NCBI RefSeq assembly: GCF_020745735.1
Contig: NW_026867481.1
Coordinates: 289,291-353,290, forward strand
Source: Hemiscyllium ocellatum
Taxonomy: Eukaryota
Direction of reading: 5' to 3'
DNA: 64,000 nt
The notes under the pieces were generated by a model. It saw only the letters and a list, made by a program, of their open reading frames with translations, had not been told where the DNA came from and did not search any database. The number at the start of each line of letters is the position of its first letter. The first letter of the stretch is position 1. Position numbers and translations under genes: made by a program. Shown piece by piece: positions 1-12,114 of this stretch.

Positions 1-1968
1 TGCTGAGATCATTGCATAAACCGAGAACTGAATCGACGATGCTCTGGTTCCTGGGCACTTGTTTGTGACTCTGAAATTTACAGAATATCGATTAAGACAG
101 CAAAGAAACCCAGAGTATTGGCTTAGATTAGTTTGATGCCATTTGTTTCGTAGCTAGGAAATGCGATCACTGAATCTGGCTGGCGATGTATCACTTTCGC
201 CCGGAAAGTCGGTCGTCCTGAGAACAAACTCACATTCTGCTGATTAGACAAAAAAAACGATAATGGGTGAATACAGACAGCCTGGGTTGTAATAAATCTG
301 AAACTCTTCTCTTTCATTTGATTTTAATTTTAACTCAAGAAGTCGAGCTACAATGTATATGAGATGTTTTGTTTATTTTATCCACAGTGATTAATCAGAC
401 TCAATTTGTCGTTGTGTTTGGCTTTGATTAATTATGCACCTATGACGGACAAGGTATTTCCTTGTCACTATCTGTAAGTGATTCATGGATGTGGAATTAT
501 TGGCATTGAGGGACCTAAAGCTCAAAAAGGAGACAACATCATGAGGCGGAAACAGCCAGTGAATTTGGCAAATCAAAATGTCATGGAATATTTTTCATGG
601 GAGCTGTAAACACTTGTCCAGGATTGCTCCTGCGAATAGAACACATGCCAGTATAAAGGAACATCATGAAGTCGAATTGATGGTCGGTGGCTTGTTTTCA
701 AGGTTGGAGTCAATCCTTTGAGCAAAAAATGATCAATTCATATGAACCAGGAGAAAGGGACAACGAGTTCATTTTTTCAATGAGCGGACAACAGGGTTTC
801 ATAGGAAGATTAAACCGATGTTCACATTTAATTGTTTTCTTTTTACAGTCAGAGAAGGAACACAATTCATGTTACTCGAATATTAGACCTGCAGTCCCCA
901 GTTGGCAAAGTTGATTTCTGAATTTGACAGTTCCCTCCAGACCCTGCGGAGGGTCACTGGATCTGAGGGATTTGGGCTCAGTGATGAGATGGATAAACAA
1001 TTACATTCTTAATGGCTTAACAGTAGAGGGTTTTATTTTCCCAACATCTATTAGTAAGATACTTTGGAAATGAATTTGTTATGCATTTACTTTGTGCCAT
1101 TGCAAAGGTAAGTACTGTACTGATAACAATTTTTCTATTGTAACTGTAGAAGACGGCTCACAGTCACATTGTCAAGGAGTTTTACCACTGAATGGCCCCT
1201 TCTCTAGCGGCGCCAAAATGGCATAAAGGAACTTTAAATACATATATAGTAGAGTGTCTCTCCAGACGTGAAGGAAATTGAGAAAGATAGCAGAGATACA
1301 CATTAAGACAGCATTCAAAACCTGATGGAAATGAATGTACTCCTGCCAAAGTTACAGGTGACATAACACCAGTGTGAAGGCATGTGGGGAGAATGCACAA
1401 CTCGTTTTACGAGAAGAGAACGATATATTGATTTTAGGACAGTAAGAAATCCTTGAACTGATCCATGGATTCTGCGATCTCACAAATGCTGTCAATCAGA
1501 AAATGAAAACAAATAAAGATAGGTGTTATCGATAGGCTTTTGTGCATCATTTTAGAAACAATTGGACTGTGTACTTATCAGTAAAATGTGAGTCATGTCA
1601 AAGGGAAGGCCACTTCTTCACATTTTATTAAGTTATGGTTTATTCTGATCATATCTGTGCATCACACTCGCGAAGTTTCACATTCATCCATTTCTATTCA
1701 AATGTTTTCTCATCAATCTCGTCTTTGCAGAATATTTTGCTGTATTTCTGCCAGTTATATTTGTGTCCAGCTCTACTGTAGTTTTTCATTTATTGTCTAG
1801 CATCATCTCCGTGCACATTTCCAATTCTTTTCACTTCTGACTTCTTTACATTTGCACCTGCATATTTAATATTTTCGTTCTCATTCCGCCTAATCTTTGT
1901 AATGTGGAGATGTGAATACGCAACATTGATACTTCAAACTCAGCATTGTCGTCCTCCCCTTTGGTGTA

Positions 1969-2008
1969 AGTTTATGCTGAGATGATTTATCTGTTTTGCA
2001 ACACTGTG
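1969..2008 (-). other. Recombination signal sequence (23-type, 24-nt spacer) of the V pseudogene
   Basis: Minus strand: CACAGTG (2008-2002), 24 nt, GCATAAACT (1977-1969). Confidence 0.7.
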
Positions 2009-2298
2009 CATTAGTAGCACAGAGATACTTGCTGGTGTCACTAGGTTTGGCATCGCTCGCATTCAGTGTACTTTGCAGCGTTCACTGGTTGAGGAGGTGA
2101 CTCTTTGTGTTATTCAGCTTTCCTTGTGGCCGGCACATGGCACTGGGGTCACTCATTGGGTAGCCAGTTGTACCAATGCACCGTAATAAATGCCGTCGTT
2201 GTGGAGGAGTTTGAGAATGTGGTTCTGGCTTCATTAACAATTGCCTCCAAGGAGGTGGCAACACTTGAAATTCCACAATCACTTCCGTGGAGTTCATT
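2009..2298 (-). pseudogene. TCR alpha/delta-type V pseudogene (V exon)
   Basis: Minus strand: polypyrimidine tract plus CAG acceptor at 2301-2299. It reads ...LEAIVNEARTTFSNSSTTTAFITVHWYNWLPNE*PQ, then after a frameshift GKLNNTKSHLLNQ*TLQSTLNASDAKPSDTSKYLCATN. The first Cys is lost, with stops and a frameshift. A CACAGTG heptamer follows directly. Confidence 0.8.
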
Positions 2299-3829
2299 CT
2301 GGGAAGCAACAAAAGGACTGTGTAAATTGGAAACATTACCAAATTACATGAAACGTGGAATTAAAAACTTGTCCAGAGAAGATCCTTTTCGGTCCAGGAG
2401 ATAAATATTTAATGTTAACAAAAAACATCTTCTTCAAGACTCACTTCGAGCCAACTTCTATTCGGAATTAAGGAAGCAGCCGTTACTTTCCGTTTCCCTT
2501 TCAGTGCCAAATGTTTCACTCGAATATGTGCTTTCTTTCTGCAAGTTCACTCTGGCTCCAACCCTGCAAGTTCAATAATTACCACAGACACGCATTGCCC
2601 TCTAGTGAAATTCCTGCAAGTTGAAAAATGTTTTTTTCTCTCACCACAATGTCAAGGTGCCAGTGTTGTGCTGGAGTGGGCAAAATTAAACTAACAAAAT
2701 ACAAGGTTTTAGCCCAACAGGTTTATTGGCAAGTCTAATTTTATGATGTTATGAAAGGGATGTTATGATAGTAGAAAAGTTAATTAATCATTTCGATAGA
2801 GAAACAGTCAAACCATTTCTTTTTTCTCTTATACTGTCTGTATTTTCACTGCAGTGTAATAATACAAAATGTGCAATTGCCAAAAATCAAACACGTTGAC
2901 AAATCGAATTGCATCTGGAATGCAATGCCTTCCATTAACCCTAAAATAAGTAACGTTTAGGACGGGTGTCGTCTTTTGAATATATTTTGATGGGTTTTGA
3001 TCTGGTGAATGACAATGTATCTGTGCATGTTCTTCGAATACTAATGTTTTTCCTTCTGTGTGTGCATATGCATATCTGTGTGTCCCTGCGTGTGTGTGTT
3101 TGTGTCTGTTTTCGTATGTGCATGTTTTTGAATATGTTCGCTTTCATCTCTGCACGCAATGGAAGATACATTTGGCTTGAGGTAGAAGAAAATACAATGT
3201 CAAAGCATCGCACCTTGTTCTTGCCTTCTAATTAAAATGATACATAGTCACCATCTGCTGGTAAATTGAAGCTACGGCAAAATATGCATATATCTTGGAA
3301 GGCATCACATTTTTCGAAGGTTCGTCTTGCGAATACTTTTATGAGATCCTTCGTAATCTTCGGGGTGTGGTATTTCATTAAAAATATTCGTTGTTTCAGA
3401 ATGTCCTCAGATGGTCATGGATAAAAGACCTTTTGTGGCTGACGGTATCTCGAATAATGGTCCACGTAATGGAGTGTTTCTGAAGTGCAATTGGTTTTTT
3501 TTAGGAAATCGGGAATCTAGTTTCAGTATCAGTGATAAAGATACAAATACAGAATTGCCGCGAGATCTCCTATAACAGTTGAAATTGACATGATTAGAAT
3601 GCAGCTGGATGATTGAAATTCCCATACGTCAGAAAGACGTGCTGTTCCTGGAGATATCCCAAAAGCAAAAGAATGTATCAAAGATCTTAGTGTTATGTAA
3701 AAGACCAGACCCCTCAGAACAGTTCAAGGAAATAGCCCAAAACTTTACTTTGTTACTTTTCTGAAGCAGGTGTCATATGAATTTTTCAAGAGTGATGTAG
3801 CTGGTCGGACCCCTTACTTCCAAAGAAAG

Positions 3830-4185
3830 CAATAGACAATAGACAATAGGTGCAGGAGTAGGCCATTCTACCCTTCGAGCCTGCACTACCATTCAATATG
3901 ATCATGGCTGATCATCCTTAATCAGTATGCTGTTCCTGTCTTATCTCCATAACCCTTGATTCCACTATCCTTAAATGCTCTATCCAACTCCTTATTAAAT
4001 GAATCCAGAGACTGGGTCTCCTCTGCCCTCTGAAGCAGAGCATTCCACACAGCCACCACTCTCTGGGTAAAGAAGTTTCTCCTCATCTCTGACCTAAATG
4101 GTCTGCCCCGTATTTTTAAGCTGTGTCCTGTGGTTCGGCACTCACCCATCAGCGGAAACATGTTTCCTGTCTCCAGAGTGTCCAA
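3830..4185 (-). mobile_element. CR1 LINE 3' fragment
   Basis: ORF 3922-4185 (GHSLKIRGRPFRSEMRRNFFTQRVVAVWNAL) is the typical CR1 ORF2 C-terminus, followed by a (CTATTGT)n-like tail at 3830-3847. Confidence 0.9.
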
Positions 4186-4648
4186 TGTAACAGAATGTAT
4201 TTACAAGATTACGCAATGAAACACAAAAAAAAAGAGAACAGAATTCGGAATAACATAAACTATCCGAAAATGCAATAGAATATGGTAAGTTAGTGATACT
4301 CTTCCCAATACTTGCAACAATCCACACAAACATCTCTTTACAGAAAAGGTAAAATAAAACCCAGCATCAGACAAGAAAGACGTCAGAGAGAGAATTTCTG
4401 CATGGAAATTCTTCATTGCATCCAGCAGCTTCACAACTGCTGTCTGCTTTCCTTGAATAACCAAACTGCCAGAAAATACAATCAAGCTATAGAAATGCTG
4501 AGCTGGGAGAACACGCCACACGCCTTTCATTGCACAAATGTGTTTTTTTTTAATTTAAACTTAAAAGCCTTTTGTCTGAGGCAGAATCTGCTAATTATAA
4601 TGAAATTGGCCCTAAAGCACATTCAACCCAGACATTTCTGAACTTGTG

Positions 4649-4821
4649 NNNNNNNNNNNNNNNNNNNNNNNNNNNNNNNNNNNNNNNNNNNNNNNNNNNN
4701 NNNNNNNNNNNNNNNNNNNNNNNNNNNNNNNNNNNNNNNNNNNNNNNNNNNNNNNNNNNNNNNNNNNNNNNNNNNNNNNNNNNNNNNNNNNNNNNNNNNN
4801 NNNNNNNNNNNNNNNNNNNNN
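4649..4821. other. Assembly gap (N run)
   Basis: Run of n characters. Confidence 1.
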
Positions 4822-5108
4822 TAAAGGAAAAACATCGTCACAAATGGGATGGCCCAAGACATATCAGGAAACAAGTTTGAACCTGAGGCACACACTCAGG
4901 AAAGTGATAAAATGTGCAGAGAAAGGGTTTAGGCTTTCAGAACTCTCTGAAGGGGGCAAGTGTGGATTTTATTTTCCAGTGAACAACGACGGCTCCTGTT
5001 ATTGGCTGAAGGAGCTGTTTTTGTTCCCTTGAAACCTTCAGTACACTGAAGAAATATTCAGATGTTTACTTGAAAAGTCTGAGCTGACAAGGTAGAAAGT
5101 CAAGTGTG

Positions 5109-5390
5109 GGAAGCTGGGACTAAAATGGGAGAATATTTGAAGACCAGCACTGACAGGATTAGTTGAATGGCCTCTTTCCATGCATTAAAACTCGAAAATT
5201 TGATCATTTTATCTGAGAATCTTGACTCTGGTGAGCGTGACTTAAATAAAACCAATATAATTAAGAAAAGAAATGCAGATCCACTGGGGTTTCGCTGCAG
5301 GTCCACTGCTTCAGATTCATTGCTTTGACTGCAATGTTCATTGTTCGATTCCTGGTCAGTGGCGAAGGTATTACTGCTCATGTAAAAACT
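5109..5390 (-). pseudogene. Degenerate TCR V pseudogene
   Basis: Contains ...HCSQS, a frameshifted tgg-acc-tgc-ag resembling W(Y)LQ, then RNPSGSAFLFLI...KFSSFNAWKEAIQLILSVLVFKYSPILVPAS. This loosely aligns with the intact V at 12115 (KFSAVLYKQRETVSLIISPVLLSDSAVYFCAMEP). It ends in CACACTT, similar to that gene's CACACTG heptamer. Confidence 0.5.
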
Positions 5391-6880
5391 CTTAACATGA
5401 AGGCGAATTTATGACATTGCAAACAGCATAGGCATAGGCACTCTTTAAGAACCAATAATAGCGTTATACGTCTTTTTTGAATGTATTCAGTAACTTCACA
5501 ACCCTCGTCTTGTTTGGACGAGAACTTCACAGGTTCACCACTCTACGAGAGAACAGTATTGTCCTCATCTCAGTCTGAAAGGGCCTATGGTTTAGACTGA
5601 GACCACGACCCCTCAATCTATATGAGCTGGCCAGTGGAAACCGCCTGTGTCTCCATCTCCTTCTTCAGGAACCTATTATTCCAGGAATCAGTCTGTTGAA
5701 TTTTGACTGCACTCCCTCTCCAGAAAGTATACGTTTCATTCGTTTAAAAAACAGATACTTGTGCTCTCATCAATGCCCTGCAAAATTGCTTTGAATTGTT
5801 CGTTACTTTACTCATCCATGTTGCAGTGCGGCAGACTTGGAATCATCATTGAACATTCCTTGATCCAAATTGTTTACATAGATAATGAGTAAAAGTGGCT
5901 GGCCAACTGCTGCACAAAAAAATTCAATTGGCAGTCTGCGCTTCAGTGGAGAAGTTAAAAGTAGACAATTTCAAGTAGAATAGGAGTCCAGAACTATAGG
6001 AAACAGGGAGGAAAGGGGAGTTTCAGACTTTCAGATCAACCATGATCCCAACGAATGTTGGAACAGAATCTATGGATTCAGGTTATTCTTCGACTTTTAC
6101 TTCTTTATCATCAAATGCACTTCATACCCAACACAGATTAGTGTTAATCAGCTCACCTTGCTTAGTGGGACAGTTTTTTTTTGGAAGCGTATTGTGGTCA
6201 ACAAGTAACACTGCCATTGCTTTTTATTTGAAGAAACACATTTCCTTGTTTGTTAACTGAAAGTCTACTTACACTGTTATAACTGGTCTGATTCAGAAAT
6301 GACTAAATTTTAGGGAACTATCGAATATTCCAGACTAGAAAATGAAAGCTTATATACACTGTACTTTTGCTGCGCGTTGTAGAATGAAGGGAGACATCCA
6401 AGATAGGGGAGAAAAGATTGAGATTCAGACAATCCAAAGAACCAAGAATTAGATAAGGATGGAGGCAAAGAGAGGAGGAGAGACACAAGGAAGAGACAAA
6501 TAAACACTCTGTTAACACGGAAACAGGTAGATACTGTAAAAACAGTCAGATTACTTGGCAGCTAATGTTGATCGATGCCTAACTTTTGCAGATCTGAAAG
6601 AACAATCAATCTTGTTCCTTACAGAATGCCATATTCCACGTAATTGAAGCCAGTTGCTGATCTGAGTTTGCTCTTTGACCATGATTTGAAAGTGTCCACA
6701 GTTTGAAACCATTCTGTTACTTCTGGAAAGGTCAAAATCAGGTAAATGTCCAAACTTTCTTTCCCGATTGTGTCAATCATGCTGCCTAACGACTCTATTC
6801 TGAAATTACCTGTTTCATTGTCGTAAATCATATTATGGAAGTTATTTGATAAACTTTTATTTTGTCGTATGGAATAATAG

Positions 6881-7109
6881 CTGAGATGAGCTGTCCCGGA
6901 TCACTCCAAATTAATAGTTCGATAAGAACAGATCACAATGCAAGACTGCAGTTACTCAGCAGTTGATTCTCGAATTCCACATTGGTACGTTCAGTCTCCC
7001 ATGAAGTCTCTGAGATATCCGATAAAAATATATATCACTGGGACTTATTTATCGCAATGTAAACTACCTGAGTGTGGAAGACAGGGCATTCTATTACTGT
7101 GCAGTGGGG
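6881..7109 (+). pseudogene. TCR V pseudogene, same family as the intact V at 12115, with an internal CDR2/FR3 deletion
   Basis: AVPDHSKLIVR*EQITMQDCSYSAVDSRIPHWYVQSPMKSLRYPIKIYITG aligns with AVFQDPHKLIVLERQNVELNCSYSTSSFRTVFWYIQYPGGVLRYVAKVYTTG. After a deletion and frameshift it reads LSVEDRAFYYCAVG, then CCCAGCA (7110-7116), 23 nt, GCAAAAAAA (7140-7148). Confidence 0.8.
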
Positions 7110-7149
7110 CCCAGCATCATGTCGAGCTCAAATCCCCAAGCAAAAAAAA

Positions 7150-7285
7150 AACGCCACGAGTAGTTGCGTCTATCTACATTCGCGTTATAACGAGCAGGGT
7201 TGTTGTGATCCCGGCTTGGTGCAGAAAAATTCCGAAATAGATTCTCTGTTGTTTTGAGCACCGTGTACTTCTGTGGTAAGGAGCA
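7150..7285 (+). pseudogene. 3' fragment of a second TCR V with a near-consensus RSS
   Basis: KTPRVVASIY...GAEKFRNRFSVVLSTVYFCGKE (FR3 internally deleted), followed by CACAGTG (7286-7292), 23 nt, ACAAAACCA (7316-7324). Confidence 0.7.
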
Positions 7286-7324
7286 CACAGTGGGCAGACA
7301 AACAGTGTACCCAGTACAAAACCA
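7286..7324 (+). other. 23-spacer RSS
   Basis: Perfect heptamer CACAGTG, exactly 23 nt spacer, nonamer ACAAAACCA (7/9 match to ACAAAAACC). Confidence 0.85.
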
Positions 7325-8199
7325 ACCCTACAAAATTCCAGATGGAGTCCAAAAGAGGGCAGAATCACATAGACAAAGGGAAATTCAGACTTCAAACTGA
7401 GGAACACAGTGTTGTCAGTAAAATCTCAAAACAAGGCACAATATTCAACAAAAATACCTGATCTTTTCCCCTAACTTTAACTTACAATAAAGTAATTTCT
7501 ACTAAATAATTTGGGATGCATTGCCATGCGGTATAACCTTCAATGATCTTTCCGCTGTCATGTAAATTATTTGGGATATCTTCCTTTATCTTAGTTAACA
7601 TAAACTCTCAGTTCATTGGTCTGGCAACATCAGTCTAATTGCTGCACGGCTCATTTAAATATCCAAGAGCGAAGCCTTCTCTCGTGTTTCACTGGGATAA
7701 ATTTTCTATCAGTTTCCTCAGGGTAAATGACCATATCTGACAAAAATCTGAAATAAGGTCCACAATTGTCTGCTGATTTTCGTACTCTTTCCTCCTTGTC
7801 AGTGTGGTCACTACCTGCGATAGAAATTGAAATATGCATAAATGTATTATTATATATTATAATATATTGCATATTATATATAATATGTTATGTTTTATGA
7901 AATACCTTAAATCACATTTAACGTGGAACATCATTGTACGTCTACATCCTAACAGCATATCTACACACTTTCAACCTGAAACTGACAGTGAGAGAGTCAC
8001 GAAAGTTTTGGAATCAGTAATTGTTGTTGAGAGAGATACTGCATCATTGACCTGTTCCACCACAGTAGCAGGACAAATCCAACAATAGCATATTATAGTG
8101 ACATCTCTGCACGATTCTACAAGACAGACCTGAAGGTATGATCTCTCCTCACATGGGCCACCCCAATTTAGCGACAGTTGGGGCTGTTTTTCATGGTTC

Positions 8200-8438
8200 A
8201 GAAACTTGTAATAGACAACAGCTGCAGCTGAGAGATAGAGAAAGAAAGTCTTGAGTCCAGTCGAGGTTTGGAACTTGATCTGTTTTGCTTTCACCACTGT
8301 TGTGTTCACATATACTGATTCTGGCTGTTGCCAACACTAGCACACAACATAGCCAATCATTATAGTTGCAGTTTAGAGATACCGTTCCTCCTGCTGCATC
8401 AACATCTGAAGAGCACACCTGAGTGACAGAATCGCCAT
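8200..8438 (-). pseudogene. TCR V pseudogene with a Cys-Cys pair in CDR1
   Basis: GDSVTQVCSSDVDAAGGTVSLNCNYNDWLCCVL, a frameshift, then (W)QQPESVY...GLKTFFLYLSAAAVVYY. The second canonical Cys and the RSS are lost. Confidence 0.6.
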
Positions 8439-11400
8439 GTCAGATATTAAGAAAAAGGTAGGTTTGATTAAAAATTACGAGAGTGATGACTGTTCAAATT
8501 TAGGATTTTCGCGATTTGGGAATCAATGCTTTGTTAACTGTTCTCTATCAGGAATGAATCATGCTCAAAACAGTTGATGTGTAACCAAAGTATCATGGCT
8601 TGCTATGTAAATGAAAAGTGTGTTACAAAAAGACATCCCATTGAAACTTCGCAATAAATTATCTGCTTTTATTTATTTGGATGCTTTTTTTGTGTTTGAT
8701 TCTTGTTTTTCTGCAAGAGAATTATTTGGATATTTGTCTATTAGAGAATTCAAACACATGTGGACGACTTTTTTGATGAACATCTTCCGTGTCAGATCCG
8801 AATCCTCTTTAGTTTCGAAGTCAATATGCTTTCGATAATTTGAGAAATATCAAAAGGTACGGTAATTTCATCTGCGTATGAAACTGATACATTAATACTC
8901 TTTGCATAAAGCTTTCAGAGGCAAGGCATCGGCAGGACAATGCTAGCAGATTGCTCAGCTCATCCACGTCAGATTTTGATAGTCTCAGTTCTCGAGACAT
9001 TTATCGGATCGAGATTGACAATAGTTATCAGATCGATTTAGTCCACTGAACTACAGACAAGGTAAATTATTCCAATTCCAACCGAGTGTGAAATTTTCTT
9101 GCATCTTTTAAATTAACTTGGGCATTATACAAATTACCGTTCTTTCTCTGAGTGCTGGAGGAACTGGAATGAAAAAAATTATTGCAAATGCTGGAAATCA
9201 GAAACAAGAACAAAAAGATGCTCCGGATATTCTATAGGTTATGTGGAGAGAGAAATATATTTAACATTTTGAATCCAATGGCTCTTCTTGAGAACGTGAT
9301 GATTCAAAGTCAACTGAGCAACATCATCAGGTTGGCAGCAGAGAGCAGCATTGTCTCATTTCAATCACTAGAGGGGGTGACTTTGATACTAATTCATTCA
9401 TACAACTTCTTAGATATAGTTAGCCAACCATCGCAGACAGAAATGCACACAGAGACACACAAAAAAAGATTTTTTATCGACAGCAAGTAGTTATAAGCAC
9501 CCGCAAAGATAGGCACATAGTGACACACAAACAAATATGCAGAAAAGTGCCATAAATTCACAAACATAAAACACATGTAGAGATATCTGTACAAATAAAG
9601 ATATTGACATAACACACGGTCATACATATCAGTGCACGTACAGATTTACAAACGTTGATAAAGGCATGCAGAGACACACAATTGCACAAAAGCTGAGATG
9701 CATGCTCTGTACAGTTTTTTGAAACTTTTTTGTTAGAAAGTTCACTGTCAAACAAATATACAAATTCCAGATTTTAATATTCATCATTTTTTTTTAATCA
9801 ACACAATTTTCATTCATCGTTATGTTTATGGAATGTTCTTCTCCTGTAAGTAATTATGCAACTTTTGTTCCATAACATACTTTTAATCTGAAGCAACTCA
9901 ATTCCGGTTTTGGCAGCTTCATTGTTCTCATACAAATAAACTTAGCCTGTCTGTTCAGTTCATATTACAAGCCAATAGCATGGTATTGATCGATTTTACG
10001 ATATCAAGTGATTTGTTATTCCTTCTAAACAACAATTCCCTGAGTTCTGAAAAGTGATGCATTGAGGTTTACCATTATTTGGGATTGACGTCAACAAAAT
10101 AATTTTGAATCTGAAAAGTTCCAATCAAGATTTTGGGAGTTCTGGATTATTTACTATTCTTGGTTTCGTTTGTAAATGATTGAATCCCAACTCCAATTAA
10201 TGGCTCCATCTGAATCAGATTGAATAGAATTCTTCAGTTCAGCACACTCAACCCGAACAGGTGAATTATGCATGAGACTGATATCCATCTTGAATGCTTA
10301 CTGTGAAACATGCTAGTGAAAACTCTTCAATGTTCACTTTTTCTGCTCCAAGAAAGATGTCCTGACTACCTTAACGCTGCTGTCTTTTTTGATCACCCAT
10401 ACAATCATCTGCACAGTCAAGGATTATCTGTTTTGTGAGCACAGCTCGACTGAAATCATTCCTTAGCAGAAGGCATATTGGAAATCCAAGTAATGGCATC
10501 AGCGAAGCTAAAACAATAATTCCTCCTCCCGTGTTAGCATTTGAAGACATCTTTAGTTGAGTCTGAAAACGGCTTTCATTCAGTTCAAAAACAGAAATAA
10601 AATAAGACCCGTGTTTGCAATTCAGACTGAGATCATCATTTCGAAACGAGATTTTTTTTTCGAATCAGCTATAAGACATTGCATTGCACACGCCATCCTC
10701 CGCCACCTAACATTCCCCTCTCGCTGTATAATGGAAGTAATCGAGGGCTGCAGTGACGGTATTGTTCAGCACGAGATATGAGCTTGAAAAAAATCTCTTT
10801 AAATGCACCCTAAAAAGTCTTCTAACATAATACTGGATGCTCTTGGCAAACGTTATTGCGTTCAAAATAATGTTTTGAAACATATCAACTAATGAACAAG
10901 ACTAAGACCAATCGCCGTGAATGCCTGGATAATAGAAATGCGTAAATCGTCGCAATGGGCTTGCAGCAATTGAGCAGTCATTTTTAAAACTAACATTGGT
11001 TCATGATTGTCATAAGATAACGCTGAATAGACCTCGGAAAAGCAAACAGAATCGTGGCGAGTTTGCCATCGACTCTGAAAATTTCACATTTCTACCTTAT
11101 TGAATGTGTTCCTTTTTGGGTACACGTTCCTGAAGCAGAGTCGTTCTCATCAAGTTATCTGTCTGCATTCAACGGTGTCTGTTTCAGAGAGCAGACAAAG
11201 AGAAAGAGGCACATATTAAATTTTAAAGTTTACAAAGTTGATAAAATAGCTGAATAAAGTTTAATGTTTTTAATGGACCATGCCAAACCCCTCGCAGAAC
11301 TTTTCAAGAAGGCAGCCCAGACCCTAAACTTTCTAGTTGTTGTAAGCAAGTGTAAGTGGATATTCCACGCAGTTTGCCCAACCACGCATTTTTAAACAAA

Positions 11401-12076
11401 GCAGGATTTATTTGCAGACTAATGAATGAAACACGAAGAGAAAGCACAGAATTTAGACTAACTGAACTTATTAGAAACCCCAATAGTCACTCTTGTAAGT
11501 TAATGATGCTATTCCAAATGTTTGCAACATCCGCATAAAGACTCTCTTGCAAAAAACCTGTAAAAAGGATCAGATTCTCACAGGAGAGATGTCAGAGAGA
11601 GAGGATCAGCATGGGACTGTTTCTTTGACAGGCAGCCTCAAACTGACTTTTTGCTAAAACCAAACCAAATCAAATCCTAAACTACAAGAACTGGTCTGCT
11701 CCCTTTCAATGTACAATTTTTAAAATATTAAAAACAAGGCGTAAATCCTTTTGCTGGTAGATGCCACCCGACTTTTCAGAACCTCTGCCTTTATGACTCC
11801 TCCAACAAAAAAACAAGGACAACATTACCTTTTCAAATGTGCAACATCTTCAGAGTGCACCACATATCAATTCATAAACTTCATTTTTTGACACTTGCAA
11901 GTTACATTAAAAAGAAACATCATTTCTCTTGTTTTCCTTACATGTTATTATTGAATGTTTTACTGTGTTTTCATATTTCATGAGTGAGTCTGTGTCTCTC
12001 CTTTGGATGGATTATTGTTTCAGTTTATATTTGTGAGAGCTCCCTCAGGTGGACATAAATCAGAACTCTCAGGGTA

Positions 12077-12114
12077 GGTTTTTGTGCAGGGGCAGTGATG
12101 TCTGCAGCAGTGTG
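12077..12114 (-). other. RSS of the intact V (22-nt spacer)
   Basis: Minus strand: CACACTG (12114-12108), 22 nt, perfect ACAAAAACC (12085-12077). Confidence 0.9.

Noticed and set aside
14-22. GCATAAACC, resembling the nonamer of the V at 2009
   Set aside because: The heptamer and V would lie outside the window, so it cannot be verified.
28-67. Minus-strand J-like string (K-C-P-G-T-R-x-I-V-D-S with one base restored)
   Set aside because: It needs a frameshift, has no GT donor and no correctly spaced RSS, and is too short to exclude chance.
383-620. CACAGTG and a possible V-like reading (INQTQFVVV...LCTYDG)
   Set aside because: No nonamer at 12 or 23 nt. The heptamer is equally explained as a ...CACAG acceptor, and no WY or YYC motif was recovered.
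3407-3660. Minus-strand V-like words (VNFNCY, LYLY, PDFL)
   Set aside because: The motifs are scattered over different frames with no FR3/YxC or RSS.
4330-4530. ORF segment KNFHAEILSLTSFLSDAGFYF resembling V FR3
   Set aside because: No Cys, no RSS and no upstream framework. It could be a relic but is unsupported.
7980-8130. Plus-strand FR1-like string ERVTKVLESVIVVERDTASLTCS
   Set aside because: It is only about 25 residues, with no convincing WY motif or 3' part. A possible fragment, not called.
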